Notes under the pieces: model-generated | What the model was told of the DNA's origin: nothing | What the model saw: only the letters and a program-made list of their open reading frames with translations | The model's database searches: none | In this document: positions 41,545 to 46,046 of the stretch, in pieces | How positions within the stretch are numbered: the stretch's first letter is position 1 | How the letters are laid out: each line of letters begins with the position of its first letter | Made by a program: the position numbers and the translations under genes | DNA from: a virus | Direction: 5' to 3' (one strand) | Length of the DNA: 46,046 bases | Virus record (IMG/VR): IMGVR_UViG_3300037761_000122 | Coordinates: 1-46,046 of that record

Positions 41545-42807
41545 TCAGGCCGCCACCCGCTCCAGCGCGGCCACGTCGTTGAGGTCCTCGATCACGCCGT
41601 TCGCGTTCCGCTGCACCGTGCAGAGCTGATGGTACTTGCGGATGTAGCCCTCGATCGCGTCCTTGTCGGTCACGCGGTCGAACGTCGCGCCGTCCATGTC
41701 GGCCCACTCGGTACCGACCAGGTCCGCCGTCCGGAACGCGCTCGTGTTCAGGAAGAACATGCGCGAGGACGGGCAGTCGAGGTCCCCGATGACCGGGATG
41801 CTTCCGCCCGCGTGGATCACGGCAGCGATGGGCTTGTAGCCGCCCTTCAGCTGCACGTCCTGGCCGTCGAGCCGCCGAAGCGGCAGGAAGATCTCGGAGT
41901 ACTTCAGCACGATGCCCGGCCTCGTCACGATGAGGTTCGGCATCTGGCGGCTGCGGCTCCGGATCGTCTCGATCATCTGCATGACCAGCGAGTCGCTGAT
42001 GTCACGCAGGGTGCCCGAGTTCGCCATCACGACCGACTGCCAGCCGAGCGTGATCGGGATCGTCTCGAACGTGTTGGACGCCTCGACCGACGCGAGCAAG
42101 CCCAGCACCTCGCCGTCCGTGATGTTGTCCGTGTCCGAGGTCGAACGGGTCACGTAACCCGCGTCGGTCGTGGTAACCGTCGAGTCGACCGTGATCTGGT
42201 TGTTCGTGTGGTCGACGGCGGTGACCGTACGGCGTCCGATCAGCGTCGTGCCGTCGGACTCGTAGAACGCGACCGCGTCACCCACGTACAGGTGCCGGGT
42301 GCCGAGCCCGCCGTTCGTGACGGCGTAGTCGGTGCCGAGCGTCTGGGTCGCGCTCGCGCCGTCCGCCGTCGCGGGGATGCTGGCCAGGAAGCCGTCGCCC
42401 CCGCCGAACAGCTGGCGGTTGACCTCCAGGTCGTGCGCCTGGAGCCGGTCCGACATCGTCTCGGCCAGAGCGGGCCGGAACGAGCCGGCCTGACGCTTAG
42501 TGACCTCGATCGCGAGGCCGTCGAGCGCCATCCTGGTGTAGGTCCTGACGACCGTGGCCTCGCCCTGGTCGTACTTGCCCTCGTCGGCCGCCGGCAGCGT
42601 CTTGTTCGCGCCCGCGTTCGCGGACCCGCCACCGATTTGCAGCTTGACGCCGAAGATCCACTTCTTGCCGGTGAAGTTCGCGTTTTCGAGCCTCGCGAAC
42701 TGCGACTTGAGCGCCGTCTCCGGGTTGGTCTGGTTCACCCAGACGTTCGTGAAATAGTCCTTGGCGAGGTCCGTCAGCTCGGTCAAGGTGGTTGGCGTAA
42801 CAGCCAT
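41545..42807 (-). CDS. Major capsid protein (HK97-fold type)
   Basis: 420 aa with a GAGGTAG RBS. Follows the scaffold gene. Composition and length are typical. Confidence 0.8.
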   Translation of the reverse strand: MAVTPTTLTELTDLAKDYFTNVWVNQTNPETALKSQFARLENANFTGKKWIFGVKLQIGGGSANAGANKTLPAADEGKYDQGEATVVRTYTRMALDGLAIEVTKRQAGSFRPALAETMSDRLQAHDLEVNRQLFGGGDGFLASIPATADGASATQTLGTDYAVTNGGLGTRHLYVGDAVAFYESDGTTLIGRRTVTAVDHTNNQITVDSTVTTTDAGYVTRSTSDTDNITDGEVLGLLASVEASNTFETIPITLGWQSVVMANSGTLRDISDSLVMQMIETIRSRSRQMPNLIVTRPGIVLKYSEIFLPLRRLDGQDVQLKGGYKPIAAVIHAGGSIPVIGDLDCPSSRMFFLNTSAFRTADLVGTEWADMDGATFDRVTDKDAIEGYIRKYHQLCTVQRNANGVIEDLNDVAALERVAA

Positions 42808-42842
42808 GATCTACCTCGTTGTCATTCTCCGTTGGCGTGTGC

Positions 42843-43856
42843 TCACGAGCGGCCCGCGCGGACCCATTCCGAGTTCCTCTCATGGAGCTCGTTGGGGCCG
42901 AACTTCGTGACGGGCTTGGGCGTGCTCACCGGAGCGCCACTGCTTGTGGCGACCCTCGGCGTCTTCGCCCGGTTCAGTGCGTGAGCGGTGGTCTCGTTGT
43001 GCTGGTCCGCGGCTTTCGAGGCGTTCAGTGCCTCGACCTTGGCCGTCAGCTCAGCGAGTTGCTTCTGGAGTGGCGATGACGCTCTTTCGAGGTAGTCCGC
43101 TTCCGTCTTGAAAAGCCGCTCGACTTCGCGGCGGTCCAGCTGCGCTCTCCCGTTTTGCAGGAGTTGGCCGTACTGCTCGCGGACCCTGCCAGCGTCCACG
43201 TTGGGGAACTCGCCCGCCAGCTCCTCGACCCACCCTATGGCGGTCTGGGAGGCTTCCTGGACGATGTGAGAGTCCCGGTCCGCGAGTAGTGCGTCACGCT
43301 CGGCCTCGGTTTCCCGGCTGGCCAACGCAGTGTCGACGTGCTTGCGGTACATCGGGTTGTTCTCGTACTGGCGAAGGTGCTCCTCGAACGCGACCGCGCC
43401 CTTGGGGTCGGTCAGCGCGGAGCGGATCTCCGCTTCCTTCTCCTCGACGTACTTGGCGCGCGCGTCCATCCTCGCGCGGTCGGCGTCGAACCTCTCGCGC
43501 TCCGTCTGGAACGCCCTGCGCTGCGTACCGAGCTCGTCGGTCTTGATCCGGTAGTCGCGCTCCATCATCCCGCGCTTCAGCAGCTCGGCGACCGGCACAT
43601 ACTCGACTTCGTCGCCGCGCTTGAGCGGCAGGGCAACGTTCTCGGGCAGCTGGTAGGGCTCCTCGCCCATGCGGCCCTCGATGTACGCCTGAACGACCTC
43701 TGCGGGCGTCTCCGTGGCCTCGACCGCTACCGACTCGGAGGCTTCGACTGGCGGCGTCTCGGCGACCTCAGTGACCTCTACCGGTGTCTCGGTCGTGACC
43801 GGCTCATCTACGGGCGTGCCGTCGGCGATCCAGGTGCTCTCGTCCATGGGGGGCAT
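42843..43856 (-). CDS. Scaffolding protein
   Basis: 337 aa. Acidic N-terminus with TPVE-type repeats, long charged coiled-coil-like body. Lies between the portal and capsid genes. Confidence 0.7.
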   Translation of the reverse strand: MPPMDESTWIADGTPVDEPVTTETPVEVTEVAETPPVEASESVAVEATETPAEVVQAYIEGRMGEEPYQLPENVALPLKRGDEVEYVPVAELLKRGMMERDYRIKTDELGTQRRAFQTERERFDADRARMDARAKYVEEKEAEIRSALTDPKGAVAFEEHLRQYENNPMYRKHVDTALASRETEAERDALLADRDSHIVQEASQTAIGWVEELAGEFPNVDAGRVREQYGQLLQNGRAQLDRREVERLFKTEADYLERASSPLQKQLAELTAKVEALNASKAADQHNETTAHALNRAKTPRVATSSGAPVSTPKPVTKFGPNELHERNSEWVRAGRS

Positions 43857-43878
43857 CGTGGCTTCCTCTCGGGTTGGC

Positions 43879-45771
43879 CTATGCGGCGGTGTTGGTTGGG
43901 GCGTTCTGCTCGGCTTCCAGGGCCATCATCTGAGCGGCCTGGAGACGGATCATGGACTGGTGTTCGTTGATGTGGATCGCGACGAGCTGCCGGATCGGCC
44001 ACGGCTTCGTGTCGTCCAGCAAGATCTCCTCGTGCAGCCGGATATGCGTCTCGTGGTCGTCGTTCATCGGCAGCAGGTAGGGCGAACCGTCGTGCGGGTG
44101 GATCAGCGCGGGCAGGCCAGCGAGCGGCGTGCCTTCGGGCGCTTCGACGACCGCGCATTCCTGGCGCTCGATGGCGAGGTTTTCGGTCCGGGCGCGAGCG
44201 TAGTGGCGGGTCTCGGACTCGAACACGCCATCTACACCGCGGCCGAGGTCCATCAGCAGCAGCCCTTCACGGGGCGCGATGTACTGCTTGTCCATCATCC
44301 GCTCGACCTCGGCGTTGAACGCCGCCTGCGAGGTCGGGCGGAAGCCTTCCAGGTCGATCGTGATCGTCTCGGGGTCGGGCAGGTCGGAGCCCTTGACGCT
44401 CTCGACTAAGAAGCCGAGGTCGGGCCGCTCGACGGGGATCCAGCGCTGCTCGTGCTCGCCGTAGCCCCAGCGCGCGATGCCGAGCGTCTGGCGGCCCCAC
44501 CCGATCAGGCTCTTTTTCAGCGTCTTGACCGAGTCGTGGAGCTGGCCGTTCTGGCTCTCCTGGAGCAGCTGGATGGCTACACCGGACTCGACGCCGGTCG
44601 GTACCTGACCACGTGCCACCTCGTTGAACGCGCCGATCGTGTACATGGCCTGCTCGGCCTTCTCGATCAGCCGCCAGCGATCGGGGGGCACGCTTCCGGG
44701 AGGGACACGCTGCACCAGATCGCCGATGCTCCGGTTCGCGAGCGCGGATTGCATCGGGATCTTGATGTGCGCCGCGCTCAGATTCGTGATCTGCTCAGAC
44801 AGCCCCGGCACGTCGAACATCGCCCACTGCCCTGGACCCGACAGCGCCATCTCCTCGAGGATCAGCGACCACTGCTTGTTCAGCACCTTCTGCGGATGCA
44901 CGAGGTCGTCGACCGTCGGGCGACCGTAGCCGTCGAAGGGCCTGCGCTCGTCGTAGATCGGCACGTACGGGACGAAGCCCTGGGGCAGCACGTCGTCGTA
45001 GAGCAGCTCGTCGCCACCGATCACGACCAGGCGTCCCTCGGGCAGCGTATCGGACGGCGCCTCCCAATACTCACACAGCAGCGTCAGCTCTTTGTCGGGG
45101 ATCTGCTTGCCGTCCCGGCCCGCCATGAGGTCGTTGCCGCTCGTCATCTCGGCGCGGTGGCCTACCGTGCGAATCAGGCTCTCGAACTGCTTGAGCTGTG
45201 CGATGCCGGCGACCGTCTGCACCTTCTTGGCCGCCTCGCCGTAGCGTTCCTTGACGACCGAGATCGGTACGACCTCGGAGTCGATCAGCCAACGGAAGCC
45301 CTCAGCGGGGAGTAGTCCGAACGCGTCCGGGTTCAAGCGGATGTTGAACAACGTGCGGACCGCGGTGTCGGCATCCCCCGGCCGGTAGGTGAACGCGCCG
45401 TCGAGCTGTTCCAGCGGCTCGCCCGTCTCTGGGTCCGCCAGCGGCTCACCTTCGGGGCTGACCGGGTAGTTTTGCACCTGGCCCGTGAGCGGGTTCTGGA
45501 TCTGCACCGTCGCCGGCACGAGCGTGCCGATGTCAGGGTTCCAAAACTGCTTGAGGTAGGACGCTCCGCACGCGAACCCGAGCCAGAGCCCGTATCGCAG
45601 CTTGGCCTCCAGTTCCCCACCGTTCCACCGCGCTTCGAGGAGGTTCGTCGCGATCGTCGCCTTGTCCCTGGCCTCGTGCGCGTTCGAGTCGGGGACGGCG
45701 CGCCACGAGAGCTCGGAGGAGAGCAGCCGTTGGAGGCGGGCACGCAGGATCGGCCGGATGTAGTTCATCAC
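43879..45771 (-). CDS. Portal protein (listed from the first canonical start; the coding signal continues upstream to 46035)
   Basis: 630 aa from the GTG at 45771. The same frame stays open with high GC3 for 88 more codons up to a TAG at 46036..46038, with no ATG/GTG/TTG in that stretch. Confidence 0.8.
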   Translation of the reverse strand: MMNYIRPILRARLQRLLSSELSWRAVPDSNAHEARDKATIATNLLEARWNGGELEAKLRYGLWLGFACGASYLKQFWNPDIGTLVPATVQIQNPLTGQVQNYPVSPEGEPLADPETGEPLEQLDGAFTYRPGDADTAVRTLFNIRLNPDAFGLLPAEGFRWLIDSEVVPISVVKERYGEAAKKVQTVAGIAQLKQFESLIRTVGHRAEMTSGNDLMAGRDGKQIPDKELTLLCEYWEAPSDTLPEGRLVVIGGDELLYDDVLPQGFVPYVPIYDERRPFDGYGRPTVDDLVHPQKVLNKQWSLILEEMALSGPGQWAMFDVPGLSEQITNLSAAHIKIPMQSALANRSIGDLVQRVPPGSVPPDRWRLIEKAEQAMYTIGAFNEVARGQVPTGVESGVAIQLLQESQNGQLHDSVKTLKKSLIGWGRQTLGIARWGYGEHEQRWIPVERPDLGFLVESVKGSDLPDPETITIDLEGFRPTSQAAFNAEVERMMDKQYIAPREGLLLMDLGRGVDGVFESETRHYARARTENLAIERQECAVVEAPEGTPLAGLPALIHPHDGSPYLLPMNDDHETHIRLHEEILLDDTKPWPIRQLVAIHINEHQSMIRLQAAQMMALEAEQNAPTNTAA

Positions 45772-45919
45772 GATCCGGACGCGGCCCTCGGGCGCGGGCG
45801 CTTCCTTCCACGCCTTATCCCTCAGGTTCCAATCGATGTGCTGGCGACCGTCGGCGAACAGCAGATTGTGGGTCGCGCGCTTGAAGCGCTGGAGCGCGGC
45901 AGCGTCGCCATCGGCGAGT

Positions 45920-46046
45920 AGCCGCTTGACGTAGTCGGCTACTTCGGCGGGCTTGGAACCCGGCGCGGGGTAGTGGTCCCCGCGTGTCTCTTTGAGTCTG
46001 GCACGAACGTCAGGCGCGGGAGGCGCCTGGTTCAGCTAGAGTCTGA
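45920..46046. repeat. Terminal direct repeat, copy 2 (circularisation overlap)
   Basis: Exact 127-nt identity with 1..127. Confidence 0.97.

Overview
The window is one complete, circularly closed genome of a high-GC temperate dsDNA phage or prophage with podovirus-like organisation. An exact 127-nt repeat sits at both ends, giving a unit length of 45,919 bp. No tape-measure or sheath gene is visible. Nearly all genes are on the minus strand in tightly coupled operons with dozens of ATGA/GTGA/TGATG stop-start overlaps. In transcription order: an immunity switch (XRE repressor at 19760-20071, divergent from an Xis/Cro-like HTH); a catalytically intact TnpB; a recombination module (ERF, YqaJ-type exonuclease, RusA, HNH-type nucleases, a J-domain protein, tRNA-Lys); a tyrosine integrase with an attP that carries the 3' half of a tRNA-Thr(UGU); a Dcm methylase; small zinc-ribbon and replication-organiser-like genes; TerS and TerL. 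The operon then wraps across the window ends into portal, scaffold, HK97-like capsid, connector, a rich set of glycan-degrading tail proteins, internal virion proteins, a membrane-protein lysis cassette with an M15 endolysin, and a secreted lyase-like paralogue. Plus-strand islands are a 4-gene cassette at 20590-22263 (small protein, HTH, Zn-ribbon SAM methyltransferase, TM peptide) and a 3-TM moron-like gene at 25446-25742 inside the late operon. The most interesting items are: the HTH-TnpB pair wired as the first genes of the early operon; the multi-enzyme depolymerase arsenal with a virion-bound and a secreted paralogue pair; recombination scars around the tRNA-Lys/J-domain module; the portal reading frame, which lacks a canonical start and spans the circularisation junction; and a repeated ADRIEALLPP domain. 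All functional calls come from motif recognition by eye. No database search was run.
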